From NCBI RefSeq assembly GCF_009914755.1, contig NC_060925.1: a DNA stretch of 64,000 bases, one strand, 5' to 3'. Positions 25,201 through 39,960 of the stretch are shown piece by piece (position 1 is the stretch's first letter; each line of letters begins with the position of its first letter). This DNA is from the human T2T-CHM13v2.0 reference genome, Homo sapiens. The notes beneath the pieces were generated by a model. It saw only the letters and a list, made by a program, of their open reading frames with translations, did not search any database and had not been told where the DNA came from. The translations under genes were made by a program, and so were the position numbers.

Positions 25201-27090
25201 AATTCTTCAAGACTGCTTTTGAGTAAATTTGCCAAAAATCAAACTGCAGAAAGCCAATTTTCCACAAGGACAGTTTGCCAAATTTTCTTCTTCCTTAGAA
25301 CTCTTTATAAAGTTTACAGCAATTCACATTGAATGAGATCTTTTTAATAGCTTTTAAATATTTATGTAAACTTCTAGTTGATCAGTTTTTATTTTTTTTT
25401 CATAGCAGCATTTTAAGGAATGTTTAATTTATCTTTACCCAGCTTCCTGCTGCTGCAGCTGGAAAGAGCTGGGGACAGAGATAGGAGACCTCTGCTAGGG
25501 GCAAGATGGGAAGGAGGCTCAGCTCATTTGCTGATTCCAATAAGAGGGAGGATGTGGGTCATAAAGAGAAAGATACATTCAGAGAATACCCACTCATACA
25601 GAATATATCCCCAAATATAACCACTTTGCATAAATACATTCTTCTTAGAAATAAGAAGTAGCCCCAGCTTCCTCCTTGCTCTGTTTCCCAGGCATTCTGC
25701 TCCTAGTCTCTCGCTAGTCTCTTTTCTCCCTGCAAGGGCTGTGCTGTGTGCTGGTTCTGCTCCCCATCTCTCCCCCATGCACTCACTCCCCCCCTGCTCC
25801 TTCCAGCATAAGCAGCTAGGAGCTGGGGCAGAGACAAACTCCACATTCCATGAAACACTATTATGGAGACCCAGTGAGAATCAGGCCATCTAAACTAAAT
25901 AGAGAAAAAAACAAGTACATTAAGACAAGCGGTGCATCAGTGATTTGGACTCTTTTTCTCTAGGACTTGAATCACATGACTGTCTCCTTGGCTGATTTGG
26001 TAGCTCCATTCTCTGGGGTCCCAGAGTGCCCTGCTGAGACCTCCAATACCTCACTCAGAAGTAATTTAAAGATATAAGCATTCTATCTCAGTTATTTGAT
26101 TTCATTACCCGCTCAATTTCTAGACTGTTCATTCAATAACTACTTACTGAACAAAAATTTCATTAAACAAATGTCCATTTAATGAAGAAATGTGAGCTGA
26201 CTGCAAGCTGGCAGTGTGAACTGACTATGTGCTGCAAAGTGGGATAGTTGCTGGAGATTAAAGTTAAATAAAACCTGGCCCCAGTCCAGAGCTCACAGAC
26301 TAGAGGTAGCAGGGACCAAGTCTTAGATATCTTCATATCCATTCTGCCCCTCACATCATCGCTGTCATAGAGTCTATGCTCAATAGAAGTTCTAGGTGTG
26401 TTGAAGGCATGTTTCCCCTAAAAGAACTAGAACTACAAGTCCCAAGTACAGTAATTGGTGGCTGTAATTAACATTTTAAACAGCAGAAAATAGTCAAGTC
26501 CAAGAGAGTTTATGAGCTCTAAAGATACATTTTCTAATTTACCAAAATATTTTACAAAAATAGGACAAATTTAAAAATGTTTAGTGAGATACATGGTACT
26601 CAGAATCTTACAATAATGAACAAAGCTCAGATTGTCCTTATATTTAAAGTTTGGATCCCAAAACAAGCTACCTGCCTGTCCATTTAAACTTCAGCAATAA
26701 TAATTCAATAGCTATGCTCAAGGTCAGGACATATTAAATGACCTGTTGGGTGTAAATTCATCAAAAAATGTTTATTAATTCAGCCTTAATCTAGCTCAAA
26801 GTGTAACCTATCAGTCCCAGGGTGATCCAAATTAAATAGTGTTGATTCACTCCAGATTCCAGGTCTTATAGCTTCCACATGGCTGATCAAAAACACCCAG
26901 AAACACATGATGATTTAGGGAGTTCAATAACATATACAGCAGAACCATAATTAAATTTCATTCAAATCCTACCCTCAGGATTTTTGAAGACTTGTAAATC
27001 AGTCTGGATATTTAAAAACAGAAACTGTGTTCTCAGATGTTCCCCCAAACAACTCTTTTTAAAATAAACTTCTTTCAAAACATGGTATTG

Positions 27091-27395
27091 GGTTGAGCAC
27101 AGTGTCTCACACCTGTAATCCCAACACTTTGAGAGGCTGAAGCAGGAGGATCACTTGAGGCCAGGAGGTCAAGACTAGCCTGGGCAATATAGGGAGACCC
27201 CATCTCCACAAAAATAATTTTAAAAATTAGCTTGGCATGGTGGCACGTGCTAGTAGTTTTAGCTACTCCAGAGGCTGAAGTACACTTGAGCCCAGGAATT
27301 CGAGGTTACAGTGAACTATGATCACGCCACAGCATTTGAGCCTGGGTGACAGAGCAAGACCATGTTTCTTAACATAAAACAACAACAAAAAAAAA
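27091..27395 (+). mobile_element. AluJ (Jo/Jr-like)
   Basis: Dimer, GGAGGATCACTTGAGGCCAGG, TATGATCACGCC, A tail; degenerate TSD AAAACATGGTATTG / AAAACACCTGGTACTG. Confidence 0.92.
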
Positions 27396-27552
27396 CACCT
27401 GGTACTGATTATATCACTATAGGTGTATGATAACAATTCAAAAAAAAATAAGTAGTCTTCCTTCTGTCTGTCATTCTGTAACAAATAGATAAAAAATAAG
27501 AAAATAGGTAGTAATTAGGATCGTGTTTTAGTGAATCCTCAGGTCGTGTATT

Positions 27553-27700
27553 TGTTAGGCTGAATAATGGCTCCTCCCAAAAGATATCCATGCCTTAATC
27601 CCTGGAACCTATGAATGTTACCTTATATCACAAAAAGTGCTTTTAAGATATAGTTGAATTACGAATTTTGAGATGAGGAAATTACCCTGGGTTATCCAGG
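27553..27700 (+). mobile_element. MLT1D-like LTR 5' fragment
   Basis: TGTTAGGCTGAATAATGGCTCC..AAAGATATCCATG..AATCCCTGGAACCTATGAATGTTACCTTA. Confidence 0.75.
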
Positions 27701-29233
27701 GGGATAACCTTTATTGTAATTATATAGTTGTATTATAGTTATACTTTCTACATATAACTATTTTCTTTAGAGGCAAAATAGATTAGGGTAAATCCTGCAG
27801 TCAAGTTGATGTGGAAGACAAGATTACCTGGATAATAAAAGTCAACATTATCTGCTCCACATTGCCTGAATGAAACCAGAATTCTCTGACTCCCTACTTT
27901 TGCTCAAGGGCCAGACTGTACCTCCAGGCCATCACAACCGGTAACCATGCACAATTGGCTCATTGATTCCCGTAAAGCAACTCATATGCTCTGAGTTATG
28001 ACTAGATCTATTTCAGGACTTGTCAGACTGTCAGGCCAGATTACCACAATACAACCCCTGAGCAGAGCCTCTAAAGATGGAGATTCCAAAGACCTCTTTT
28101 ATCCTACTGAATGTACAAAATTTTTGGAGCAAGCCCTCTACCCTCCACCACTTCTTGGATAGTCGGGGAAGTTCTGAAAGGTGCAGCTTGCTTCCTGTGT
28201 TGCTTTGGATGATCAGACTGTCCATCAAATTCCCAGCTGTCCTCACCATCATCCACTCCAAAACTACATAGACTATTAATTAAATCTCAGGTAAAATCTT
28301 TAACTTTATATCTTTGTAATTAAGAGACATTTTTATACACACACGCATATTCCAAAACACTTTTTAATTAAAACATTCTGGGGGAAATATCCTTACTTTC
28401 CATTTTGGAGATGATGAGAAGTATTAAGAAAAGTTTGATTTTGCTCAGGGCACTCCTGTTTTAAATCAAACTAATTTTTCCATTGAATATTCTAAGAGTG
28501 ATTTGCCCACCCTTAATATACCTCAGCCAGAAACTTGTTCCCTTTGAAATTAATCCCAGCTTGTGAACATTGAAAGGTGAAGACTGGAAGGAATGTAATT
28601 TCATATTAGTGGTTTCTGTGACTAGATAAACATTAATAATGTTTTCATACTGACCTAGAAAGTGACTTAATTTATTAAGTGCAGTGGACATACGGTACCC
28701 TGTTTGCATTAGCTATGCCCAGTACATGAAAAGAAATCACTAAGTAGAATTCAGTTACCTGCTTTTTTTCCCTAACTCACTGTATTTTATATATGAATTT
28801 GCCACTGGTAATGAAGAGCTCCAGCTAATATGAACAATGGCAAGAGAAGTTATACCATTAAATATATAGGTTCATAAATATAGCATATGAAAATGGATGA
28901 TTTGCAATTCAATTCTACAACTATTGTGATCATACTATGTGACAGGACTTATAGCCTGAACTGGGGATGGAGGAGTGAATGAGCTAGATGCAGCCCCTGC
29001 CCCATAGACCTTAGGGTACCACTCTTTGCCAGAGCCATGGTGGGGGTAATAGCGCATCTAAAATGGATTGCCTTACTCAATATACATTCCAGCCTCCTTC
29101 CAGTACTCCTGAGTTTGGAAAGCTAGAAACTATATTTCCCAGACTCCCTTATAATCAGAGTTTAGGGTGTGATTTGGATTCCACCAATCAGATGCACTCA
29201 AAAGACTTGGATTGTAACTAAATTAAGTGGAGA

Positions 29234-30448
<1,215 letters not shown>

Positions 30449-30969
30449 TTATCAGTTTCCTGCCAAAATATCGGGAGGAGAATGTGAGATTTTTGGCCAT
30501 GCAAAAGCTGGGTGATTTTGGAAATGGGGAGTTTTTCTTAGACGCGCAGCCTAGAGCCTGCTCTTTTAGCCACTTTAATGATTTTTTAAACCACCTAATA
30601 GCTGGTAATAATTTCCTTAATACTTAGCACAACCAGAAGGTCTTAATTGCAAATAACAGAAACCACAGCTGATAATTCTCTCTGGAGAGGCATGAAATAG
30701 ATGTCAGAAGTAAATTGACTGTGGTGGTGGCCACCATTCCAAACACAAAAGAAAGCATTTGATATTGCCAAATGTCATTCAGTGTTAGAAGAAAAATCAT
30801 TTGTATTAAAGGAGAGGCATCATGGAAATGGAATAGCAGTGTCATTCCTAGCTGCCCTTTATATTCCAAGAGTTGGAGAGAATTCTTGAAGCAGACCAGT
30901 GATTAGGTTTGCAAGTGGGCACAGAAACAAATTGTGTCCTTGCTCAGAAAAAAGTAGGAATCATCCTTG

Positions 30970-31180
30970 TGATACAGTAGGAAAAACATGAGCTTTAGAT
31001 TTATGTAAATCGAGGTTTGAATCCAGGCCATCTACTTTCTGTGTTACCTTTGGTAAGTAACTTCTCTAAGTCTCAATTTCCTCAAACTGTTCTTCTAGGG
31101 TAGTTAGAGATAATATATAAAAAGAACCTAGAATAATGTCAGGTTCACAGTAGATATCAATAACTACTGTTATCATAATA
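30970..31180 (+). mobile_element. MIR fragment
   Basis: GGTTTGAATCCAGGC..CTACTT..TGTGTTACCTTTGGTAAGTAACTTCTCTAAGTCTCAATTTCCTCA. Confidence 0.75.
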
Positions 31181-32349
31181 AAATCTGAAATTGGTACATA
31201 GGAAGATGTGGATGGCTTTCCCAGGGCACTATTGCATCTGGGTATATTGTCCAAGCAGAACTTTAGTAAAGCAATATCATCCAAAATCTCTATGGGATTT
31301 CTTGGCATCCATCTCCCAGTCTTCTACCTATCCATCTACCCCCAGTCAACTCACCCATACCGCCATCCCAAATAACCATCTACCCTCTCTCCCTTCTAAA
31401 ATTGGCATGTAGAATTCAATATTAAGAATTCTCAAGATTAAGTAGTAGCTTTATCTATCAAATCAATCCACAAAAAAGCTTGAGTTTTCTTTCCCTGGTT
31501 GGTGTGATATATTCAAAGCTCACTTCATATTTCTACTCCTCTCTCTATCCCAGGGCCCCAAGACAGCAGATTTCACTCCCTTCATTACCAGCACAGCACC
31601 TTGCACACATCTCTACACAGCTCTTCCTATAGTGAATTTCAAGTATTTGTTTATATTTTGTCTATCCACATCTATATTTTGATATCCTTGTTGGCACAGA
31701 CCATATCTTGTTTATGTTTCTTATCTAATGCCAGCTCAGTCTGATGCATAGGGGGGCCTAATCCATACTGAGTTAATCTAGAGCCTTAAAAGTAAGCCCA
31801 AGCCCTTTACTCCCAACTTCACCCTGTTGGCTCAGTCCAATGTTCTCCTCTTCAATTATGATCAGCAGCCCCAGGCATCCTTCCTTCTCTCACCAGCTCC
31901 ACTGGATACCCAGTACCTCACCCGGTCTCAACCGCCACTCATGCCTCTGTTCTGTCCTTTAACCTCAAAGAGACATATCCTGGCATTTAAAAATATGGGC
32001 AGAGGAAGGTGAGGAAAGGAAAAAAAAGAGCGTTTCAAGAAGAATGGCATGGTCAACAATGACAAATGTAGTACAAGATAAAGAGAATAGTTGAAATGTC
32101 TAATTTATTGAGACCTACTGTGCTCCAAGCTCAAAGGAGATGTAAAGGGGAGAGAAATCAACAAGGTAGAGGAGGCTCTTTCCCTCTACCTTGCATCCTA
32201 CTATGGGGCCTTGCATTCTACCGTGCTATACGTGCTGCAGACAATCAGTGAGTAAATAACCAATGTAATTACAGCTCACAAAGAGTGCCACAAAGGAAAG
32301 GAGGCAGGGAGATAAGATGATGGTGATGATGCCAGTAATAGTAAGAAGT

Positions 32350-32510
32350 TACCCATAGTTAGTCTGAAATAGCTACTATATGTCAAGCCTTGTTCTAAAT
32401 GCTACCAGTATGTAATCTTGTTTAATCCTTACAAGCACCCTAGAAAACAGGGATAATTATTTTCTCCTTTGTAGATGAGAAACTGAAGCACAGAGAAGTT
32501 AAGTAACATC
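32350..32510 (-). mobile_element. MIR fragment
   Basis: TTTAATCCTTACAA..CCCT...GATGAGAAACTGAAGCACAGAGAAGTTAAGTAAC. Confidence 0.75.
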
Positions 32511-32599
32511 TTTCAATGGCTAGCTTTGTTTAATGAGCAACTCAGCTATATTTGTTAAGAATGAGAAAATCAAATCTGATGTGTCATGGAATAAAAGTT

Positions 32600-35500
32600 T
32601 ATAAATGAACTTGTAATAATTTCAAAAATCCTTTTTAACAATTTTGAACCTTCAAGTCATATTAAATTAAGTAATAGATACTTATTAAATGTCTGGGCCA
32701 TTTCTAAGTCAGTTAAAACACTGAAACACTAATTATTAAGCATAAATTTAAGTTTATACATTTAATTTATTTTTATATGGTATGGAGAAGCTAAGTATAT
32801 TTGGGTTTGTAAATAAACAAAAAATTTTGTTACGAGGAAACATGGTTCTAAAAATTATGAAATGGTTACCATTGACAAAATGTTGATATAAAACAGTTCA
32901 AAGTTGCTTATGTCCTAGGTTTTCATGATAAATTAAGGTTACTACAGTTTTAAAAATCTAATTAACATATGGTAATTAAAACAACTCCTTATGCAAGGAA
33001 AGTAAGACATGTTTTTGGTAAGTGAAGCTTACATGAAAGATGTGTTTTAGTTAAGGGAAACAAAAGGAATTTTTGTCTTGAAATAGGATGATTAGTTGTC
33101 CCAAAATGAAAAAGAGAAAAGGTTGTAGAAAGTTTATGAAAGATGAATCTTGTGAAAAGAATTTTATGTGCAATTAAGCTGGCTAAAATTGGAAGGGAAT
33201 TATAAGTTTTTTCTAAAAACAGCATTACTATCAAAATTACACTAGTACGAAATGAGAATTTGGTTTTCTCCTTTAAACAAGATTTTTCTGGGGCATAGGT
33301 TCTCAGGACCTCCTGAGACTATATCATGGGGAAAATTTTTTAAAGATTTTTCTGTAATATAATAAGAGATAGTAAAAGATTTTTTGTTCACCTTTTGAGT
33401 AAACTGCAAAAGGTGAGAGTGGGAGGGGAGAGAAAGAGAAACAGATTTACATGCTTCATGATGTCTTTTGTAGGTCTTTTAATTATTTGGAAAATTAGGT
33501 CTTCCCTCTATCAAAGAGTAAAGGTTTTTGCTTTTTAAAACTTTCAATTATCAATTTGGCTAAATGAATGATTATTATTTCAGAGTGATCTGTGATCCTA
33601 TTTTGATCAAGTATTTTAAACCTTTGACATATTTGACAGGCTTCCCAACATCAAATTTCAAAAGAAAAATTAAGTCTTTTTGACTTCAAACTAACCTTCG
33701 GATGCTACAGAGAGCCCTTGAAGCATTCAAAAGAGATATAATAAATAGGCTTATTTGATATGTTTAATTATATGGGAAGCATTGTCAAATAAGAAATGAT
33801 GTTTAGCCTTTTTCTCAGTTATATTGTTTTCCAAAAATAGTATGAGATTTCTAAAATTCTGACATGTCATGGTATATGTTATCAGTCATGATACTATGGT
33901 TATTATGTTAAATTATTGTAGGCCACATAAAAAATTAAACTTTCTTGTCAATTATGTCTTTAATTATAACCATTTTAGGTCTTGTTGTCTCTAGTTAATT
34001 GATTAATTCTGCTGCCTTTTCTGAAAGCTCTTTACAAGCAATTATAATCCTGAAGTGTTATGTCTTCAAGGAGGTTCATGGAAAGGATGGAAAGGACCCT
34101 GACAAGCACTTTTGAATACAGGTTTCTGATTACTTTAGGATCATATCAGAACTCTAATGAAGAAACTGGTTTATGAAATTGCTTACCCAAGCAGACTAGA
34201 ATTAATTAAATACCAAGGAAATATGTTTGCAGATTTTCATACTAAGTTTATAAGTACTGAAATTGTTAAGATATGCAATTCCAATAAACTCCATGGTCCA
34301 GGTCAAATTACCTATGATAACATATTTAACAAAGAGTGCTACACACCTAAGTTAGAGAAACAAAACTGGAATTTAAGAGGCTATAAACCCAATGTTAAGC
34401 ATGGACTCATGGAGCCTGGACTGCTTCCTGAGTCCCTGAAGCTTCACTGTAAGCTTTCCACTCCATGACTCAACATGGAAGAGATACAATGATCCAAATT
34501 ATGGGAAAAAATATTGGTGTGTGACTATTCTAAATTTCTGTAATGGTTGATGATTAATTTTTGATTTGTCAAAGCCATAATCCTGATAAGACAACCAAAA
34601 CTTCAGGTACATTTCTTCAATCTGTTGGGTCATTTATAAAGGGATTTCATTAAATTGCCATTTTCACTGCATGTTTTCTGGTTGTACAGAAGCTTTCCCA
34701 TATAGGAAGGCTACAAGAGTAGCTAAAAAGTTATTAGAAAATGTGTTTCCCTCATGGCGTATTCCTGGAGAAAACTCCAGCAATAGATCTACTTGTTTCA
34801 CTGGACAAGTTGTAAAACAGTTAAATAAGGTATTATGGATACAGTCACATTAAGTAAAGCAAACTGAATCAACTAGATTGCCTCAGTCAAAGATATTATA
34901 GATTGATTACAACCAAATCCACTTCCAGTGGGAAACATAAGTTGATCTCTTATGGAATAGTTACTGGAAGGCCTATTTCCCTAATAATAGAAACTCATGT
35001 ATGTTCTGCTCCTAACCTCTGGTATGACTAAATGCTGCAAGGCTTTAATGCCTTATGCCAAAGTGTATTTTTACCAAGTAAAAGAAACTGTTCATGATCC
35101 ACCAACTTAAGACAATCAAACCCTTCATAATCTACAACCTGGAGACCGGGTTTTCTGGGAATGATATTAGAGGAAGACTGCCCTTGCCACCAACACTGCA
35201 GCAAAACGCTGGGACACTGAACGTTGGGCCTGTAATCACACAACTCAGAGTGGCCCCTTCAGACTCTTGGAACTGTACACCTGTTGGAGACCTTAAGGTA
35301 CAGCTAATCAGAGAAGTCTCTCCCCAGAAGCAGACAGCATCCTAGACATGGACAACTTTCCCAAGATCATGGATCAAGAATTCTCTGCCATCAGAAAACT
35401 TTTACCTCTCTTAATTTTTTACCTTTTCCTTGCTTATGCCTCTATGAACAATATAATTGGGAAAGGGGCCTCGGGTGCACCGATGGGGTATGCTTTTATT

Positions 35501-36355
35501 TGTGGAGGATTTTGCAGCCAACTTTATACCTGAGCAACTTATGCCCTGATGGATAGAAGATGAAGGGCCAATATGGGCTAGAAATTTTAATAGTACCTTT
35601 GTTGCTCCATCATCAGTCAGAAACAGAACATTTTTTCACTCCTCTTAACCTACATCTTAGGTTAAAAGAACATTTTCAGGAAGTCTTCACTCTTCTGGAT
35701 GGGCATCATTTCTTAGGTCTCTTTTCTCATGGCCTGAAATAAATATAAATGAGGCAGTGCTTACAAATGTATCACTCATTATAGGCTCTACAGCAGGTTC
35801 AACTGCAAAGGCTATGGTTGCACAACAGACTTCTTTAAATTCTCTTTCTAAAGTTTTATTAGATAATAAAATTGCTCTAGATTAACTATGAAAAGAGAGG
35901 AATCTGTGCAGTTTTTGACACTTATTACACATAGATGAATACATCAGGTATTATAGAGACTCAGTCACAGGGGATTAACCAACAAGCTGCTTAGTTAAAA
36001 TAGGTAGATTCCTCATCTGGTTCATTCTTTGATCTATTTGATTTTGATTGGTTTTGTTCATGGGAAACCTGGCTAAGAAGCATACTCCAAACTCTTGGTA
36101 TTATCCTTTTGATAGCCATAATAGTAGTCTCCCTGATGTGCCGTATTCTCTCAAAAGTTTTAAATGTGTACATGCAGCCATCTGTAGAATGCCAAATGGT
36201 CCCTCTTCAGCTAGAACAACAAAAACCCAAAGACATGTGATCATGAGGACACTACTGTAACCTATGATTGACTTGTTGAGACTAGAACCCCAAAATGATG
36301 GTAACTAAGAATAGCAACAAAGCTCTAAGTTTTGGTCATGCTCTCATCTAACATT
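32600..36355 (+). mobile_element. ERV1 (MER4-group, MER31-int-like) internal remnant with integrase and env fossils
   Basis: ORF 34671 FSGCTEAFP..VAKKLLENVFP.W.IP...SSNRSTCFTGQV is an integrase core; env TM remnant downstream; AT-rich MER4-group-like internal sequence. Confidence 0.8.
35750..36240 (+). pseudogene. Decayed gamma-type env transmembrane subunit
   Basis: AQQTSLNSLSKVLLDNKIALD* (heptad and immunosuppressive domain), GICAV..MNTSGIIE (degenerate CX6CC region), anchor ILQTLGIILLIAIIVVSLMC; stops and frameshifts. Confidence 0.8.
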
Positions 36356-36505
36356 TGTTAAACAAAATTATGAGAGGCCACTGTTTTGAACTGAACTCAT
36401 GCACTAGGCCCTAACACACTACACTAACCCAACTTGGAGTCACTTATGCTATGTTCCACATAATCAAACCAAAGCCTTAAAGAAGCAAACAGATCTCAAA
36501 ACAGA
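36356..36505 (+). mobile_element. Truncated 3' LTR, MER31-like
   Basis: TGTTAAACAAAATTATGAGAGGCCACTGTTTTGAACTGAACTCATGCACTAGGCCC matches recalled MER31 start. Confidence 0.65.
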
Positions 36506-36635
36506 TGGGAGCTGAGACCAAATAAGAATTATGAATTCTATACTGAGACCAAATAAGTCTGTTCATTTACAATAATGACAGAAAGTGACATTATGCTTAA
36601 AGTTTGTGGTATAATTAAGAGGTTGGAGGGGTCAT

Positions 36636-37027
36636 TGTTAAATTCAGTTTGGCCTAAAGCTGCCTCCCTATGTATTTTAACTTTTGCCTAAAGGTTTCTC
36701 CATGCATAGTGAGCTATAACCTAACTTGATATGTAAACAGACTGTAACCTACTCTTGTAACAAGTAGCCAATCACAGGTAGCAAACTGTTCAAACCAGGT
36801 TCAAATAAGGCAAACACCCAGCTGTAACCAATCCAACTGTTTCAGTACCTCGCTTCCATTTTTTGAATGTCACATTCCTTTTTCTGTCCATAAAATGATC
36901 TGACCACGCTGCAGCACCAGAATTGCTCCAAACCTATTTTGGTTCTGAGGGCTGTCTGATGTGCAAATCATTCTTTGCTCAGTTAAACTCCATTAAATTT
37001 AATTTGTCTAAAGTTTTTCTAATAACA
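36636..37027 (+). mobile_element. MER57 (B-like) ERV1 LTR
   Basis: TGTTAAATTCAGTTTGGCCTAAAGCTGCCTCC...TTCAAATAAGGCAAAC..GCTGTAACCAATCC...AAATTTAATTTGTCTAAAGTTTTTCTAATAACA; TG...CA termini. Confidence 0.85.
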
Positions 37028-37497
37028 ACTGAATGAGATCATGAATTCTGACAGATATGAAATTCCACTGGTGTAAAACATTAGTAAACATGTTTAATGA
37101 AACTCATGAAGAAAAAACATGTTCATTCCAAAACACTGGCCCACACCCTAAATATTGAAAATTCGATCTCCTTTGAGAAACTCTAAATGGTTGTGTTTCT
37201 CTTCATTAATAATAAAGATAAGAAGGACAATCTACATTGCATTGGATGGGTTACTTGCATCACTCAAAATGAGCTTAACAATTTACTCAGTTTTGAAAAG
37301 TAAATTCAGTCTTCCTATAAAAGGCTAAAATTTGTTGACCTATGGGTAATCATAAAAGAAAATTTTCTTAACACAAACGTAAGCTCTACTGGGCAGAAAA
37401 GACCATGTACTCTGAATTAAAGAAAGACTGTATTATGGTTAGAAAAAATTTAGAACAAAGTACGTTATACTAAAATACCTAAAGTTTATATATGGCA

Positions 37498-37800
37498 GGC
37501 CAGGCATGGCGGCTCATGCCTGTAAATCCCAGAACTTCGGGAAGCTAAGGTAGGAGGACTGGTTGAGGCCAGGAGTTCAAGACCAGCCTGGAAAACACAG
37601 AGAGACGTCTCTACAAAAATTAAAAAAAAAAATTACCTGGGCGTGGTAGCATTTGCTCACAGACCTAGCTACTTGAGAGGCTGAGAGGGGAGAACAGCTT
37701 GAGCCCAGAAGTCCAAGGCTGCAGTGAGCTATGATCATGCTACTGCACTCCAGCCTAGGTGACAGTGAGAGACGCTGTCTCTAAAAAATTAAAATAAAAA
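37498..37800 (+). mobile_element. AluJ
   Basis: Diverged dimer; GCTTGAGCCCAG..CAAGGCTGCAGTGAGCTATGATC. Confidence 0.9.
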
Positions 37801-38513
37801 TTATATAAGAGAACAATTACAGTATTCTTCTGATTATCTAAGAACTTGCTATTTTAATCTAGATGTTTTAGATTTAATCTATTTTATTGATCAAACTACT
37901 CTTGAATGATCACAAATCACTATGTTTTTACCACATTGCCAATCTGAAATATGAACAAACAAGACTGGCTGAGAATTGGGTAGAACAATTATGAAGAAAC
38001 CATATGAAAAGGTGAAAAAAGAAAGCAGCAAGAAGGTCCAATAAAACAGGACACATTTTTCTTACAATGTTATTATATATTTAATCCATGTTTCTCATGA
38101 TGAGATGCTTAAAGGCCTAAAAGTTACTTGGGAGTTTTGCATTACAAAATATCACAATTGATCCTGTTGCTAGATTTCTGCATTACAATTAAATCTAAGA
38201 GAAGAAAGTTGGTTTCTATTAAGTGTTAGGTTTTGTAATGTATTGTTGTAAAAGGGGAAAAAATAGGAGTTAATTTAGAAAAATTCTGGGTATATATTAC
38301 CAGAGTTTGTCACTCAATTTGAAATCAGAATGGAAACTAACTAAGGTAGAAGACAACACATGACTGACTTAAAAAAGACATGACTTGTGTAGATTTCTTA
38401 TTGGGCTTAATTAAATTGACTGAAGTTGGCTTTCAAAAGCTTTTGTTTAACAGTGGTTTTTCAAATAAAATAACAACAAAAAATACATTCTTATTTCCAT
38501 GTTTTGACAAATG

Positions 38514-38900
38514 TATCAGTTAGGGTTTCCTTCAGCTGCAAGCAACAGAAAAACCAACCAAGAGTAGACTGTATGATTAAGGGACTAACTTTTTTATGTT
38601 AAAAAATTTCTGATATGAGGTTGTTGAGGACTGGTACATGACTCCACGATATCATCAAGAACCCAGCGTCCTTTCAGTTTTCTGTTCCACCATTCTTGGC
38701 TTGTGGCTTTTTCTACACGGTCACAAAATAGCTGCTCTACCACCTCAAGGCTCATCTATATATAAGGCTGGGGCTTCTTAGTTTATCTCTTTAAAAATGA
38801 CGTTTCAAAGTTTCATAACAACTGTTTTCATCTTACTGGTCGAGAATTGGGTCACAAGGTTACTTCTAATGGAAAGATGGTTGGAAACCTAAATGTTTTA
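38514..38900 (-). mobile_element. Old MLT1 (J/K-like) LTR
   Basis: TCAGTTAGG...GCTGCAAGCAACAGAAAA...CATCAAGAACCCAG...GGTCACAAAATAGCTGCT. Confidence 0.6.
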
Positions 38901-39399
38901 GTTTTCAAGTTATGATGAAGGAAAAGACAAGAATGAAAGATTGTGAATGGCTTTTGAGTAGCTAGGCTACTGTGTCTGCTTCTGTGGGCAAGGGGATAAG
39001 GATGTTTATATAAAATATTAATATGTGATTGAAATCATTTCCAAATTACAAGAAGAGAATTTGTTTAGCAAATACTGACAATATGTGTTATTGTCTGGCC
39101 TTATTAAGGCATATCTAAATCTTTTAGTGAGTCCATGTAAAAGTCATTTTCTTACCACTCAGATGGTTTCTCTAAATTGCTGTGCTCCTGCTATGATTTG
39201 ACCTTTGGCTGAGATGCTTTTTCAAATGCTTTTAGCTAAGCCCTGCATACATCTAGACACTCAAGCTTCAGGATAGTACAGATTTCAGCCCCATTACTCC
39301 TTTTCCAAGCTACAGCAGAAAAACCAAAACAAATATTGCAGATTTGTCCAGTTCTCTTAAGAATCAGCTAGGGAAGCAGGAAAAGTCCTCTCTATTATG

Positions 39400-39515
39400 T
39401 GGTGATTCTCCATATTAGAATCACCTAGGAATCTTTTAAGATATGCTGATACCCTAATATTTTTAAGGAGCTCTCTCTAGATGATTCTAGCGTGCAGCTA
39501 ATGTGGAAAACTAGG
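39400..39515. mobile_element. MER5-like hAT-Charlie fragment
   Basis: ATTAGAATCACCTAGGA and TAGATGATTCTAG..TGCAGC subterminal motifs. Confidence 0.5.
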
Positions 39516-39789
39516 CATTTGGAGAAAGAAGAGAAAAAGTTAGAAATAGCATGTAAAGCCTTGAGCATGTTATTGAACCTCTTTAAACTCACTTCTCTCA
39601 TTGTTACTTACATGAATTAATCCAAATAAGTTTAGTTTGGTGTTTGGCTTACAGTAAACACTTAATAAATATTAGTCATTATTAATATTGTTTTATCAAA
39701 GTTCATATTTTTTCATCATTTTATTTGTGAGTAAATGGGGTTTCTCCAGGAAGCAAAAATATGTAAGACCACAGATCTTGAAAGCAGAG

Positions 39790-39960
39790 CTTGAAGACAG
39801 CAAAATTTGGCATTCAAATCCCAGCTTGACCACTTAGTAGTTAATCTGACATTGAGCAGGCAAGCATTTGATCTGAGTCTCGGTTTTCTCATCTATTAAA
39901 TGGGAGTGATACTTACCTCTCAGGTTGTGAAGACTAAAAGATACTATGTATGCTAAAGGA
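39790..39960 (+). mobile_element. MIR fragment
   Basis: TTCAAATCCCAGCT..CCACTTAGTAG...CTGAGTCTCGGTTTTCTCATCTATTAAATGGG. Confidence 0.75.

Noticed and set aside
28031-28271. Overlapping short ORFs, and a minus-frame peptide GVDDGEDSWEFDGQSDHPK, in unique DNA
   Set aside because: No recognisable homology, no convincing splice sites, lengths expected by chance
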